Part shown: positions 14,900 through 35,157 of the stretch, in pieces | How positions within the stretch are numbered: position 1 is the stretch's first letter | Layout: every line of letters begins with the position of its first letter | NCBI GenBank assembly: GCA_965153355.1 | Contig: OZ231126.1 | Span: forward strand, 24,800,001 to 24,864,000 | DNA: 64,000 nt | Direction of reading: 5' to 3' | DNA from: Flaccisagitta enflata | Taxonomy: Eukaryota | Position numbers and translations under genes: made by a program | Notes under the pieces: model-generated | Database searches by the model: none | Seen by the model: only the letters and a program-made list of their open reading frames with translations | Told to the model about the DNA's origin: nothing

Positions 14900-15560
14900 T
14901 GAAGATTTTTGAATTCTGAAAAAAATTCCTGAAAGCTTATGGTGATGCATTTTATGATGTGCAACTCCTAGGAGTTTTTTAAAAAAATCTATACCTTTTG
15001 ACATATGAAGAAATGTTGATGAAAAAGAGCAAAAAACATTATGATTTCAAGTCATCGACTGAACAGTTCGTGTTTAAGTTGCTCTCATTTTATAACGAAT
15101 GAAGCCACTGATACCAGATTGGTCTTGAATTAAAGCTTATTTGCAGTAGTTTTAAGAAAAGCAAAGAGGGAAGTTTTTCTTTAATTGTATATCACATTGG
15201 GCATGAAAAAATTGGTCCCTTGATGAAAATTTGGATCAAGAGTTGATTCACAGCTCAAAAATCGATTTAAAACATCAATTGAACATTTCATCTCAAGCAT
15301 TCCCAAAAACTACATCAAAATAGCTTTCATTTGAGACCAATCTGGAATCTATAGCTTAATTCGTTTAGAAATGAGAGCAATTTAAAGGGAAACAGTCAAA
15401 ATGAGAACTTTATGCTAAGAGATAATTTGAATATGATGACATCTCGTTCCATATTAGTTCCAAGGCCCAAATTATTGTAGAAAAATCCTGGGAGTTGCTC
15501 ATCATAAAATGCATCACCATAAGCTTTCAGGAACTTTTTTCAGAATTCAAATATCTTCAT
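14900..15560. mobile_element. MITE-like element with ~80-bp inverted arms
   Basis: gaattctgaaaaaa..cctgaaagcttatggtgatgcattttatgatg matches the reverse complement at 15480-15560. Confidence 0.6.
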
Positions 15561-15886
15561 TACTCTTGAAATTATGTTGTCATAGAATATTACAAACGTG
15601 AAAAATCATACTGTATAAGCTAACTCTTATTCAAATCAAATATGAGATTTCAGCACGCTCTTATTTCATACAGAAAAACCCCGCTTCCTTTACAACGCCG
15701 TTAACAGTGACCCGCCATCAATGTACAACAAGATGTGGTGTAAGATTTTTTCTGGCCTTTTGTAATGCTAAATTGCCCTTAGATAACATACACGCCTTTA
15801 ACGATGACACGCCAATATCGGTCAAATATTTTTGGCCTAAATGACCCAAAACTCTTTGTTAGCGGCAAACTTACTATAGCCCAGGG

Positions 15887-15944
<58 letters not shown>

Positions 15945-16743
15945 AAATTCACAAAAGGAGCATTTGATAGTAATCAAATCATTCCTTCTTGTTACCCCAG
16001 CACAAAAAAGGCATCTCTTTGTTGAATATAGCACCACTTAACGAAGAATTCATTGCATTTTACACATATTTATTGTCAAGTTTAGATGCAGGTAATGAGC
16101 AAGATGGATGCGCCACATATTTTTAGCCCGAGTCTAGTTTTTGCTGAATTTCTGCAGTGCTTTACATTGAAAGAACTCCCACCCTAATGATTTAATGGCA
16201 CATTCATGTTTTTATTCTTAGATCCGTCTATTAGTCTATCTTCCACTATCTTTCTGTCAGACTGTATTGCTGCATGTTTTTTTTCTTATATTTTCAATCA
16301 GATTATTTGTATTAGTCTGTCCTTATCATTATGTTTTGCCGTCATTCTGGTTTGTTTTTTTCAGTCTGTCTGGTTCGTGCACAGATGAGGAGTGGTAATT
16401 TAGCATGCCAAATATTCATTTATATTTGATAATGCACACCACTATGCATACATCTTATCCATCATTGAAATAATCAATAATTATTATATTAAATAAAGGC
16501 AGACACATTCAAACACCAGTAAGACTAGGAAGTAGTGGATGCTATAGTATAAAAAATCAGCTGGCTAAGTTGCTTTTTGGTGCCCCGCAAAAAGGGACAA
16601 ATTTGAAGGATTCCCATGGGGCCGTTATCAAGGGTCAGGGATGTATCATTTCAAAATTCCAATGACATATTTAATAGTTACATATATAAAAAAACTATTT
16701 AGTTTACTTTCCTCTTTCTTATCATTTATAAGTAATTCATTAT

Positions 16744-18873
<2,130 letters not shown>

Positions 18874-19481
18874 TTAATTCATTTATGTCGTATTTAAAAT
18901 CAGAAAGAACAGACTGAGCTAAGTGAGCTAAATGAGCTAAAATGCTCAAAGAAGCCCTCACAGATGAGCAGCTGTGCTCATAAACATTTTTTTTTTGTAT
19001 TTGCATGCTCAAGTAAACATGAATAGACACCTTTATTGATCTTACACAAAATAAAAAAAAAAAAAAAAATTCCATTTGAATTTTTTGTATATAAATCTTT
19101 AAAAAATCATAGCGGGAAAAGTATTTTTCGTAGAGCATTCTGCTTGGCGCCAAATGAAAGAGAATTATCAAATTTATTTACCCTTTCAATTTCATTGGAG
19201 GGCCCATTCGCATTCCGCATAAGAAAAGGAAAACCCTGTTTCTCTCGAATATGTCAAAAAGTCGAAGACTGACTTCGACTTTTTTCCCGATCATGACATT
19301 TTCTTTTATCTTTTTTACTCTTTGTATCCAGGTTATTTTCTCTTTGTCCATCTGTCTAACATCTGCCTGTCTACTTTTCTGTCCCTCAATCAATATTTTC
19401 CGTCTCTCAATCAATATTGCTAGTGTCAGTACTTTCATCAGAACATTACACTACATAATTTTAGGTGAGAATGAAACCCGT

Positions 19482-19566
19482 GGTATGCTCGGGTATGCCT
19501 GAGTATGCTCGGGTATGCTCGGTTCAGCTCGGGTATGCTCAGGTATTGCTCGGGTATAGCTCAGGT
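19482..19566 (+). repeat. 10-bp tandem repeat (GGTATGCTCG)n
   Basis: About 8 imperfect units. Confidence 0.85.
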
Positions 19567-20570
19567 ATAAATCTCGCGTTTTTTTATTACAGATTATGTG
19601 GTGCATTATTAATCTTTGATTGTAACTTGGTAAGATTTTTTGTGTATACTAGATGGTAAAGGCCTGTCCGACCCTAACTATGGCAAAAAAAAACAAACCA
19701 AACAACATGTTTGTCAGTGTTTTTCACCCAAGTAATAAAAAGAACATACCAAAATCGGTGCCCATTTTGAAGCTCTTTTAAAGATCTTTCAAATGAGACC
19801 TCACTGGCTGTCCTTGCTTTATCCGTTAGAATGAAGACAATTTGTCAGGAATTTGAGATTCACAACAGGATTTTCATGTTATGAACTTATCGTAACATAT
19901 AAACTAAACGCATTAAGTCAAAAATTTGCTGTTGGCGCTAATTCAAAGAAAATATGAAGCTCTTTTATTTGATCATAGATATCATGTTGCTGTGACGATT
20001 TTGAGTCGTATCATTAAAAGCAAGGCCGGATACACGGCAGGACAGTCACGGACGGTTGGGCAGGAGCCGAAATGCAAAAAACCACTCGCAATTCAAAAAT
20101 GTTACGGACGGACGGTCAAACGGATGGACCGACGGACCGACCAACACGGCAAGGTGTAGAGTCGCGTGTCCGCGACTGAAAATATTCGGTCTGAAATTAC
20201 TTGTAACCCTGACAAAAAAATAACAAATTGGACACCATTTTTGATCAAGGATTACTCAGTAACTAAACAAGATAACCTCTTAGAATCCATGACGGTTTCA
20301 AAGAGCTTCATACAATCTTTCATTTGAGCACTCACAGAACATTGTAGCTTTAGAAGTTATGATGCTTTGAAGACAGCCATTCAGAAATCTCAAATCTGGT
20401 TTCTCTCTTTGCAGAGTTATTTGATTCATTCTACAGAACATTTACAACAAAAAGTGTCTTGTTGTCAGGCACAGGAATTTGCTTTCCTTCGCAATCAAGA
20501 AAATGGGTGCCAAACTTCATTCTTATGTTAGTTGAAAACGACTTATACGCATAGTATCCAGTTATCTTAT

Positions 20571-22935
<2,365 letters not shown>

Positions 22936-23577
22936 TCTCTATCTCTCTCTATCTCTCTCTCTGTCTCTCTGCACGTCTTTTCCTCTATGAGAGAGTCTCT
23001 CCCGCTCTCCCGAAATGGGGGGCCGCACCATGAGACCCATCTCGCTACCATTCCTCAAAGCGGGCGAGAAGGGAGAGTCAAGGAGAGAGAGAAGTGAGAA
23101 AAGAGAGGCATTCTCACCGACCTAGCCGTGACTTCGCCATTGACCTCCTCTCCTTCTCCCTCTCTCTTTCTTTCTCTCTGTGTCTCTTTCCCACTCTTAT
23201 TTTGATGTTACCGATATATGATCACCCGATCTACTAACAATATAGGACATTGGTTTGTCCGTGTCCATCGAAATTCGATCTTAACAATTTAGCTTCAAGA
23301 AAAAATAAGCCAGATAGGGCATCCTTACTACGCATTGGAAGAGATGTGACGGACGCGGACGGACCAATTGACACGCTATCTCAGGGAGACATGATGACCC
23401 ATTAAAAATTTCTTTAAATAAGACCTATCTGGGATAAGTCGCTAAATATGTTTAGCCACAGCACCTTTCCGATGTTCGCAGGAAAAAAAAGTGAATGAAT
23501 AGCCACAATAATAACTTCGAAATTAATTTACCATACAACTATCAACGTTTTAAGGGTTCGTTGAACGAATATAGAGT

Positions 23578-23696
23578 CTTCTTCTTCTTCTCCTCCTCCT
23601 CTTCTTCTTCTTCTTCTTCTTCTTCTTCTTCTTCTTCTTCTTCTTCTTCTTCTTCTTCTTCTTCTTCTTCTTCTTCTTCTTCTTCTTCTTCTCTTC
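23578..23696 (+). repeat. (CTT)n microsatellite
   Basis: Directly visible. Confidence 0.95.
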
Positions 23697-24828
23697 TTTT
23701 CTGGTAAAGATTGAAACTATTTGACATTGGGCCTTTTAACTCAATGTACTCCGATCCTTTATGTTCGCATGCTATGTGCACCGTTTGATGGGAGGAGACA
23801 CCCCCAAAAATTTCAGACCAATTGGATAATGCAAAAGCTGGGCTGCCACCCCCCTTATTTCCAATAGGAAATGCACAGGAAGGAATTTGACTCATCTTCC
23901 TCGCTATGATTTACTACGGGAATGGGGGTGGGTGGCGGCAAAGGTTTTGCAATGTCCGACGGGTCCATGATTTCAAAAAGGAGATTTTGACCATCAAATT
24001 GTACGCGTAGCCCGCAAAGGATCTGAGCACTTTGGGTCAAACGGCTTCCAGTTGATACCCACTTATACCACACGTATAGACGCAGTTTTTAATGCTAATG
24101 AATCTTAAGAAAGCTACGTAAAATCTTAGACCATTTTAAATAGTAAGGGGATGCTCAAAAATTCTTTGTCACTTTTTGGGAAAACATTTTTAAAACAGGC
24201 TTTATTAGACATTTCTAAAACTAATTGTTCAATGAAATATTAATCGCGTTCATTTCTGATGTAAAAAACAGTTTTTATTAGACAGAAATTGGGTTTTAAT
24301 TATTGTTCATTTCCGCGAATGTCTTTCTGAAGCTTTTCAGCTGCTTAGTAGTTTTTAGTCGCGTGCACGCGACTCTACACCCCGCTTTGTCCGTCTGTCT
24401 GTTGGTTGCTCGGTCACACTTTATTTTTTTATGATTTTTATTTTTGGATCTCGCTGCTCCTGCCCAAAGGACCTCAAATATGGCTCCTGCCCACTCACAC
24501 GCAACTTCGGTAGCCGTGTATCTGGCCTTGAAATAAAGAGATGTGATTGCTAGAAAGGGTGCGCATTGGAGAAAATATTTTTTGAAAATAGTCTCTGGCA
24601 GCATTAAGTGTCCTCTGTCATATATGTATGAAGGACGCAGACGGAATTAGATATTTTTGGCACTTTCTTGAAATCGCGTTTATAGTTTTTCGTCGCTTTT
24701 TTTAAACATTTCCTAATCGTCTCAGGTGTGTTTAAGCACTGTCTTGCCGTGTATCCGGCCTTATTCTTCTTTTCCATATCCTCCATCCCTTCTTCATCAT
24801 TTTCTTTGTCACTTTAATGTTCAAATTA

Positions 24829-25286
24829 CTCTTCTTCTTCATCTTCTTCTTCGTCTTCTTCTTCTGCTTCTTCTTCTGCTTCTTCTTCGTCTTCTTCTTC
24901 TGCTTCTCTTTCTTCTTCTTCTTCTTCTTCTTTTTCTTTTTCTTTTTCTTTTTCTTTTTCTTTTTCTTTTTCTTTTTCTTTTTCTTCTTCTTTTTTTTCT
25001 TTTTCTTTTTCTTCTTCTTCGTCTTCTTCTTCGTCTTCTTCTTCTTCTTCTTCTTCTTCTTCTTCTTCTTCTTCTTCTTCTTCTTCTTCTTCTTCTTCTT
25101 CTGCTTCTGCTTCTGCTTCTTCTTCTTCTTCTCTTCCACCTTCTTCTTCTTCTCTTCCTCCTCCTCCTTCTTCTTCTTCTTCTTCTTCTTCTTCTTCTTC
25201 TTCTTCTTCTTCTTCTTCTTCTTCTTCTTCTTCTTCATCTTCCTCTTCTTCTTTTTCTTCTTCTTCTTCTTCTTCATCTTCCTCTT
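24829..25286 (+). repeat. Compound (CTT)n/(CTTTTT)n tract
   Basis: Directly visible. Confidence 0.95.
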
Positions 25287-25902
25287 GGGAAAAAATCAAT
25301 TTAGAAGCAGAAGTAGAAGAGAAATCAGAGGGAGAGGATGTAAGTGATGAAGGACCAAAGACGATGACTTTGACCATATTTTTTTTCCTCAACAATTTCG
25401 ATGACGATTCCGATGACGATGCCAATGCCAATGATAAGGATATAGGGAAAAGGTGAAAACGTGTTTCAAAGACAAGACTGGCTGATAACAAATACCAATG
25501 AATCCCGATGAAATGTTCTACTCGATGATGGTGATGACCACAGCCGCGGAATCAGCTGACAAAGCAGCATCGATCGATTGTAAAACGATTTTAACTCATT
25601 GCTCATTGCTCATTTTGGGGGGAAGGGATTTGACTTTGTTTAAATCCATATCGTCCTTTTGTACATGTCTTTTTGCCTGTACAATAAACGCCAATCAAAA
25701 AATTATTGCTTGGCCCGAGCACCATGATTCTGATCTAAAGATGGATTGAAATACAACTATCACGTATGTAACCAGACTACTATCAAATAAAAGAAGTTTT
25801 AGATTAGACTTTCATCAATACTATCTTCACAAAAATAATCTTTCTACACCTGAAAACTACCATCAACTTGAGAAGAATTCTGCTCCTAAACGGATAAAGC
25901 TA

Positions 25903-26465
25903 CAGTAGATCTCGTCTAGACTTGAGATAACGGGGGCAAGCACTATGGAAGAACAAATGAAACTAGAGGGCTGATATTTAGAATATAAATTAATAAAGGA
26001 ATGATTTATTCCCCATGATACTTGGTTGCCATGGAAACGCATTTCCATGTATTTATGCTACAATATCAATATTTTGAGAAATTTTTTGAGGGAACATTGC
26101 TTAGAATTAAATTTGCTACAACTTTCCCACAGTATGTTCTGTAAGAATATCGCTCGTTTGGCCGTTGCTAGGGAGCGTATCCATGTGTGACAACCCCTAG
26201 CAACCGCTAAACGAGCGACATTCTTACAGAACATACTGTGGGAAAGTTGTAGCAAATTTGATTTTAAGCAATGTTCCCTCAAAAAATTTCTCAAAATATT
26301 GATGCTTTAGCGTAAATACATGGAAATGCGTTTCCATAGCAGCCAACTATCATGGGCAATAAAGCATCATTTTATTAGTCTAGGTTTCAAATATCAATCC
26401 CCTGGCTTCATTTGTTAATCTACAATGCTTGCCCCCGTTATCTCAAGTCTAGACGAGATCTACTG
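25903..26465. mobile_element. Near-fully palindromic MITE (CAGTAGATCTCGTCTAGAC TIR, TA TSD)
   Basis: Arms are complementary almost to the centre (~26180). A half-copy relative lies at 55006-55187. Confidence 0.88.
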
Positions 26466-26666
26466 TAAAACAACCAGATTAGTTCCATTTGAAAGAGTTG
26501 TTTACTTGTGAAGATAGTATGAAGGCCTGAGCTTTTTCATCGGAGAGTTGGGAATCGATAGTAGACTCGGCATTGATCACAGCTGATTGCACCATCATCG
26601 CCATCATCGATGAAGATCATTGGTTATCGATCATCGACTATTGAAAGTCTTACGACATGGCAACAC

Positions 26667-26930
<264 letters not shown>

Positions 26931-27059
26931 ACTTGCTGCATTTGATAAATTCAGAATAACAGGTCTCACAAAATTAGGCGGAAAAGTAAAATGATCAATA
27001 TAGACAGTTAAAATGCTCTCAGCATTATGAAATATGACATGGAGATAGCTGAGACCTAG

Positions 27060-27304
27060 TTTTTTAGTTGCGGACACGCAACTCTATAAGAGGCTTTGTC
27101 CGTCGGTCGGTCGGTCGGTCGGTCGGTCCATCGGTCGGTCGGTCGGTCCATCGGTCGGTCGGTCGGTCCGTCGGTCCGTTGGTCCGTGGACACGAGTCGA
27201 AAAGTGAGGAAATGAGCGTTTTAGAACATTTTTAGTTGCGGACAGTTGCATTTCCGCCCCTGCCCACCCGTCCGCAACTGATGGCCGTGTATCCGGCCTT
27301 GTTT
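27060..27304 (+). mobile_element. HINE-A-like element
   Basis: tttttagttgcggacacgcaact..., (GGTC)n, ending gccgtgtatccggccttgtt. Confidence 0.7.
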
Positions 27305-28070
27305 GACATTTAAAGCTGTGACGGCGACTTTCCTGCATGAAGGGCGGGATGGATGATTTATCGAAAGTGACGCGTCAGATTATCGCTGATTTCTACGGAA
27401 ACAAAAATGCTTTTTTAAGTGGAAGATGAATACCATCGGTCATTTTAAGGAAATGGGATGCAGAAAAAAAAAACAAATTATCGTGTGATGCAGTTAGTTT
27501 ATGCAAGAGAGTCAATCATGCAAAAAAAAAAAAAAGAGGCCGTGCAACTAAAAAGAACGTGTCAATCCCATATGTTGTTATGTTCTACTAATTTGCATAA
27601 TTACGTTCATGAGGACATAGCTGATTAATATCTTCTTGCATTTTTCGCATCATGTCGATAAAATGAACACAATTGGGCAATTTTCATCATTTGTGTGTTA
27701 AAAATCAGTTGGAAAAATTGAGAGAAACAAAAGAAAATTAGCCTGCATTCATTGACCTGTCTTACGTGAAATTCTTAATCTGTCTCTGAATGCATAGATT
27801 TGCATTTCTAAAAACATGGCCCTGTTCTAAAGACATATAAGAAAGGGGCCATGTTCTTAGAAATGCATATTTTGCATTCAGAGAGAGATTAAGAATTTCA
27901 CGCGAAATGCTTTTGCAAATTTGTTGTTCCTGTGCACTGCAACATATATACATTGCTTGGATTGATTATATTTACATTTTTTAACGCCTTTTACAATGAG
28001 TTTTCATCTCTTTCTTTTTTTGAGACCTGTTATGCCAAAACAAGGGTAATCAACCAATTTTGGCGATCTT

Positions 28071-28300
<230 letters not shown>

Positions 28301-28944
28301 AAAATAACAGGTCGCCCAAGGGCAATGTGTGGTCAGTGATACGCATGATTGTGAATTGGAGTGAGGGGAAGCAGGGCAGCGGCCCCGAAGGGGTCGAAGT
28401 CCTGTAGAACACAGGGGACTTCTGTTCATTCGTCCATCTGTCCGTCAATCCGTCCGTCCCCCCAGGCCCTCTCAGGCCTGAAATCGCCCTACCAGGGCTG
28501 ACATCTAACCTCCGGGCCTGAAATCCGCCCTCTCAGGCCTCATCATTACCATCATCATCATAGTTGGAAACACCCTTAAAACATGAAAATGCCTTTAAAA
28601 CAACTTGCGATGGACCGACCAACCAATGGACCGAAAAGTGGCTCAAAAAGGTTCATATGGATCTTAAGATAGTATATGGCACTTTTTTAAACTAAATATG
28701 AAGTCATTAAACCACAATTAGGCCTCCCCCCCAAAATTGAAGTCATTATGCAAATAAGTGATTCTTATATATCCAGAACAAAAGACAAAACATCTTTGCA
28801 GTTCTTTTATATAACGTCTTGTTTTACGGATTCTTCAGCCAATGAGGGCTCGAGTCTAACAGAGAATCAACCAATCGCAGTATTCTCACTTTTCCAGAGG
28901 AAAAAAAATCGAATCGGCACCCCCGTTTAAGCGCTTTTGCGTTT

Positions 28945-29428
<484 letters not shown>

Positions 29429-29807
29429 AAACCCATTTTTCATTAGTTTCGAATGTAATCATGCTGCTCGAGCCAATCAATGTACAAGAAAATGAATGAA
29501 TACTGAAAATATCATATCTGCTTTCTTTGATTTTTCATATTTGATGATTGTAAAACTTATGAGCTGAATTGGACTTGTAACCATGTTGATAGATGTGTAA
29601 AAATCTTTTATGTGATAATGGACATGTATACAAAAAAAAATTGCAGGATCTTGTTCTGCTAGAACTTGGTCAATTTTTCTCTGGATTTTAAATTCTTCGA
29701 TCGATCGATTTTCTTTGCTCTGACAACCTGACTCGCCGTGTCAGCTGATTCCGCGATCACTGCCATCAGCGAAATGACTGTTTCATCGATATCCATTGGT
29801 ATTTGCC

Positions 29808-29913
<106 letters not shown>

Positions 29914-30207
29914 GATGCCAAGAACATAACATGACTCAGTATACTCTTAAATGACTTAAAATGACTCAAAGAAAAAAATTGATAAAAAATGTAAAAGTGT
30001 GACGGACCAACAGACTGACCAACCAAACGACTGACCAACCGACTGATGGACGGACAAAGCGAGGTGTAGAGTCACGTGCACGCGACTAAAAATTCATAGC
30101 TCAAAAAGATATTAATTGTACAGACTTTTAGTTAGTGCCATCTATAAGAAACACCTGTAAGTCGCGTGCGAGACTTACATTTAGGATCACTAAGAATGAC
30201 TTAACAC

Positions 30208-30793
30208 CCCTCTCAAAATTAAACGAACTGGGAAAGTGATCAAAATTGAGAGTAAAAATGTATTGAGAGGGCTGAAATTTGACACAGATGTAGCAAAAAC
30301 ATAGTATTTTCGCAAACTGAGGCCAAATAGACCATTCGCACTAGTGTGTGGCCCTGATTGTGTGCTATGTCAAAAATGTGGTAAAAGATTTCGACTGGTT
30401 TTGACAAGAAATCTTCTTATGAGGAGACCGCAAAAACTTACTTAAATTTTCCCCTATGAGTGGGGCAAAAACTGCCATTCCCGAGTTGTTAAATAACTAC
30501 CAAGTAACGATGACGCATTAGGAATAAGGAACAGCCCCACAAAGCAACTGAATCTACTGACAAATAGGTTGGTTTCACCTTTCAACTTTGAAAATCCATC
30601 AAAAATACATTAGTATGGCATCAATCGAAAGAAGAGATTAGGAGCAATTGGTTCACATTCTTTAGACGATTTTTGTTTAATCCTGCCGGAAATTACAGAT
30701 TTTAAATTTACCTAAACACTCAGATTCTTGATAAGTAATTTACAAAGCATTTACAGACTTGTTCTGATCCCAGTTCGCCTAATTTTGAGAGGG
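30208..30793. mobile_element. MITE, TIR CCCTCTCAAAATTA..CGAACTGGGA
   Basis: Inverted termini; interrupts a HINE-A variant. Confidence 0.65.
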
Positions 30794-31072
30794 ATTATCC
30801 TACTCTTATATGACTTAAAATGACTTTAAGAAATAAAATTGATAAAAAAGTAAAAGTGTGACGGACCGACAGACAGTCCAACTAACGGACGGATGGACAA
30901 TGCGGGTTGTAGAGTCACATGTACGCAACTAAAAAGTGAGCTCTTCCTTAGCTGTGAATGTAAACAAGGCAAGATATACGGCGCCTAAGTTGCGGACGGT
31001 CGGGCAGGGGCAGTAATGCAAAAAAATGCATGGCAAGGTGTAAAGTCAAGTGTCCACAACTAAAAAAAATGT

Positions 31073-34000
31073 ACCAGTAATGGCGGTGGTCGCCGTGAGG
31101 AAAAAAGTCGTAAGTATTGGTCATTTTTCACCAAACTTTTGTCTTTAGTTACTGCAAATCTTTTTTTCTATCAGATCAAATCAAGAGCAATTGTATGAAT
31201 TGATTGCACTGAAAATCAGAAAAAAAGAGGACTGAGCCAACTGAGCTAGATGAGCTAAAATACTCGAAATCACTCAAGCAGACAATCAGCTATGCTCACT
31301 GACATGCTTTCTTGTATTTACATGCTCCCATCAAAACATTCATTTATCCCATTAAAAATCAGTAAAAAGAAAGACTGAGCTAAATGAGCTAAGTGAACTA
31401 AAATGCTTAAAAACACTCTGACAGATGAGCAGTTATGCTCACTGATATGCTTTTTGGGCAGCGGCCCCGAAGGGGTCGATGACCTATGCTTTCACACATA
31501 TGGGGAATTTTCTCCTCCTCCTCCTTCTTCTCCTTCTCCTCCTTCGTACACCCCCTCTCCCCCTTAGTCTAGGATTTAAGGAGAAGGACTCGGCGTTTTT
31601 GGGGCAAAGCATACGGGGTCAGTTTTTGGGCAGCGGCCCCGAAGGGGCCGATGACCTATGCTTTCACACATAGGGGAAATTTTTCCTTCTTCTCCTTCTT
31701 CTTCTTCTTCTTCTCCGTCCACCCCCTCCGAAGCTCATATCCTGGCCTTGGGGCCTAAACCCTAGTCTTAAGGCCCTATTCCTAGTCTTGAGGCCCAAAT
31801 TCTAGTCTCGTGGCCCAAATTCTAACCTCGAGGCCTAAATCCTAGCCTCAAGTCTCAAATCCCAACCTGGAGGCTCAATTCCTAACCTTGAGGCTCAATC
31901 CCAGTCTGGAGGCCGATATCCCAGCCTCAAGGCTCACATCCCGGCCTCAAAGCTCAAATCCCAGCCTCAAGCCTCAAATCCCAACCTCAAGCCTCAAATC
32001 CCAGCCTTGAGGCTCAAATCACAGCCTCAAGGCTCAAATCCTAGCCTAAAGCCTCAAATCCCAGCCTAGAGGCTTAAATAACAGCCTCATGGCTCAAATC
32101 ACAGCCTAGAGACTCAAATCCCAGCCTCAAGGCTCACTTCCCAGCCTAAAGCCTCAAATCCCAGCCTCAGGCCTCAAATCCCAGCCTTGAGGCTCAAATC
32201 ACAGCCTCGAGGCTCAAATCACAACCTTGAGGCCTAAATCACAGCCTCATGGCTTGAATCACAGCCTTGAGGCTCAAATCCCATTATCTATGCTCAAATT
32301 CGATCCTAGAGCTTCAAACCTTACTAAGCATAGGTCATCGGCCCCTTCGGGGCCGCTGCCCCTCTTACCATCTTACACTTACATATACTCGCAAAGGGGC
32401 AACGGGTACCGCTGACCATCTAACGCTTTTGCGACTATTTGTGCTGAACAAGACTAGAAGGGGTACACGTCTGATTTTTTAGTGTACCCCTTTCAAAAAC
32501 GCGTTATTTTGCCCAAAAAACACTTTGAAATGGCGCTGACGCCAAACCAATTGGCGGATGACTATAAAATTTTAGGTGAAGAAAAATATACTTTTTTTCT
32601 ACTTGCATGCAAAATTTCAGCAAAATCGGTTCAGTAGAAGCGAAGATATTGCCGTTTAAAGTTTAGGCCTATTTTCAAAAAAAGGGCTATGTTTCAATTT
32701 TGGGGTAAAATTGTGTTTTTTTGAGCTGGAAGTCTGAAATTGATTTCACTTGCGTATATTACCCTAATTTACTCTAAAAACAAAAAAATTTGAAAAAATC
32801 CCATGTTTTTTTCATTTTATGGCCAAAAAACCACAAAATTGGGTCTCAAAATTTTGGCCTGATTTTCAAAAAGGGCTAGTGCAAGGAAAATATTAAAATC
32901 ATTGGCGCCCACTCGGGGAATCTATTGTCATAAAGTGTACCAACTTATTCCCAAACTTTCAGAGGGGTACATTAACCCAAAAAGACAAAAAATCATTTCA
33001 AAGTCTACAGCAAAAATACCAAAATTCAGCATTTTTTTACCCTTTTTGATATATGGAAAAATTAAATGTTTGATTAGTAAGCTGAAATTTGGCTCAGATA
33101 TGCCCCTAACATATTGGGACTTGCATGCAAAATTTTAGGCAAATCGGTTGAAGCGTTTGGCCGTAGCGTTACCAAATGTCCCTGGGGGTCTAAAAATGCG
33201 AAGTTTTGGGTCGTTTTTTTTTAATTCTTTGAAATTAAATTTTGTCCTTTTGGGTTAATGTACCCCTCTGAAAGTTTTGGAATAAGTTGGTACACTTTAT
33301 GACAATAGATTCCCTTAGTGGGCGTCAATGATTTTCATATTTTCCTTGCACTAGCCCTTTCTGAAAATCATGCCTAAATTTTGAAGGTTGATTTTTTGTT
33401 TTTTTGGCCCAAAAAATGAAAAAAACATGGATTTTTTTCAATTTTTTTTGTTTTTAGGGTAAATGAGGGTAAAATAAATGAGTGAAATCAATTTCAGACT
33501 TCCAGCTCAAAAAAACACAATTTTACCCCAAAATTGAAACATAGCCCTTTTTTTGAAAATAGGCCTAGACTTTAAACGGCAATATCTTCGCTTCTACTGA
33601 ACCGATTTTGCTGAAATTTTGCATGCAAGTAGAAAAAAGGCATATTTTTCTTCACCTAAAATTTTATAATCATCTGTCAATGCATTTGGCGTCAGCGCCT
33701 CTTCAAAGTGTTTTTTTGAAGAAAAAACTTCGTTTTTGAATGGGATACACTAAAAAATCAGAAGTGTACCCCATCTAGTCTTGTTCAGCACAAAAAACTA
33801 ACCCTGTATGCAAATTTTCACGCTTTGCCCCAAAAACGCCGAGTTCTTTTCTTTTATTCCTTTAAGAGACGGGACTACCTAGCGTCCAGGCCCATATCTC
33901 AGCCTGGAGGCCCATAACCCAGTCTTGAGGCCCAAATCCCATTCTTAAGGCCCAAATCCCACCCTCAAGGCCCAAATCCCAACCCCAAGGCCAAGATTCC

Positions 34001-34737
34001 AGTCTCTAGGGATTTGGGCCTCAAGACTGGGATTTGGGCCTCGAGGCTGGGATATGGGCCTCCAGGCTGAGATATGGGTCTGGAGGCTGGGGGGAGGGGG
34101 GAGAGGTGCGGAGGAGGAGAAGGAGGAGGAGGAGGAGGAGAAAATTCCCCATATGTGTGAAAGCATAGGTCATCGACCCCTTCGGGGCCGCTGCCCTGCT
34201 CCCCCTCAACTTCACCCACAACCCACTTAAGCAGGGCACGGGTACCGCTGACCATCTAAAGCTTTTGCGACTATTTCTATCTGCTTTCCTAAACATGTAT
34301 CAAAATATCTATTCATTTATCACATTTAAGATAAAAAAAAGAAACTGAGCTTAATGAGCTAAATAAGCTAGAATCCTCCAAAACACCCTCACAGATGAGC
34401 AGCTATACTCATAAACATGTTTTCTTGTATTTGCATGCTCAAACAAACATGAATACACTTCTTTTTTTATCCTATTCAAAGTCATAAAAAATTGAAAAAA
34501 TTCAATTCACAATTTTCATATATAAATCTTTAAAAAATCATAACGTGAAAAATATTTGTCGTAGAGCATTCTGCTTGGCGCCAAATAAAAGAGAATCATT
34601 AAATTTACTTACCCTATCAATTTCATTGGAGAGCCCATTCGGTCGGTGGAGATCCTCAACTTTCCCATAAGAAAATGAAAACCCTGTTTCTCTCAAATAT
34701 GTCAAAAAGTCGAAGACTGACTTCGACTTTTTTCCCC
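31073..34737 (-). mobile_element. HINE-B element hosting nested HINE-C > foldback > HINE-C
   Basis: HINE-B termini at both ends. HINE-C at 31452-34278, foldback at 31565-33877, inner HINE-C at 31623-32440. Confidence 0.7.
31565..33877. mobile_element. Foldback element with ~600-bp inverted arms
   Basis: 32440-33000 is complementary to 33240-33795. Outer ends tagtc..ctcggcgtttttggggcaaagc / gctttgccccaaaaacgccgag..gacta; CCT flanks. Confidence 0.8.
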
Positions 34738-34864
34738 ATCATCTCAGGCTGCAAATCAAAAATGGAAAACCTGATTTCTCCTCTACCAGGCGTGTATATT
34801 CTTTCATCCTGCCGAGTAGCATATATTTTCCCACTGATATCTGCCGACATTACCAAACGCCTAC

Positions 34865-35157
<293 letters not shown>

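Noticed and set aside
31740-32300. CRISPR-like regular repeats (also 13970-14395, 46170-46390, 58300-60900)
   Set aside because: These are contiguous degenerate minisatellite units without unique spacers, in a eukaryotic context with no cas genes.
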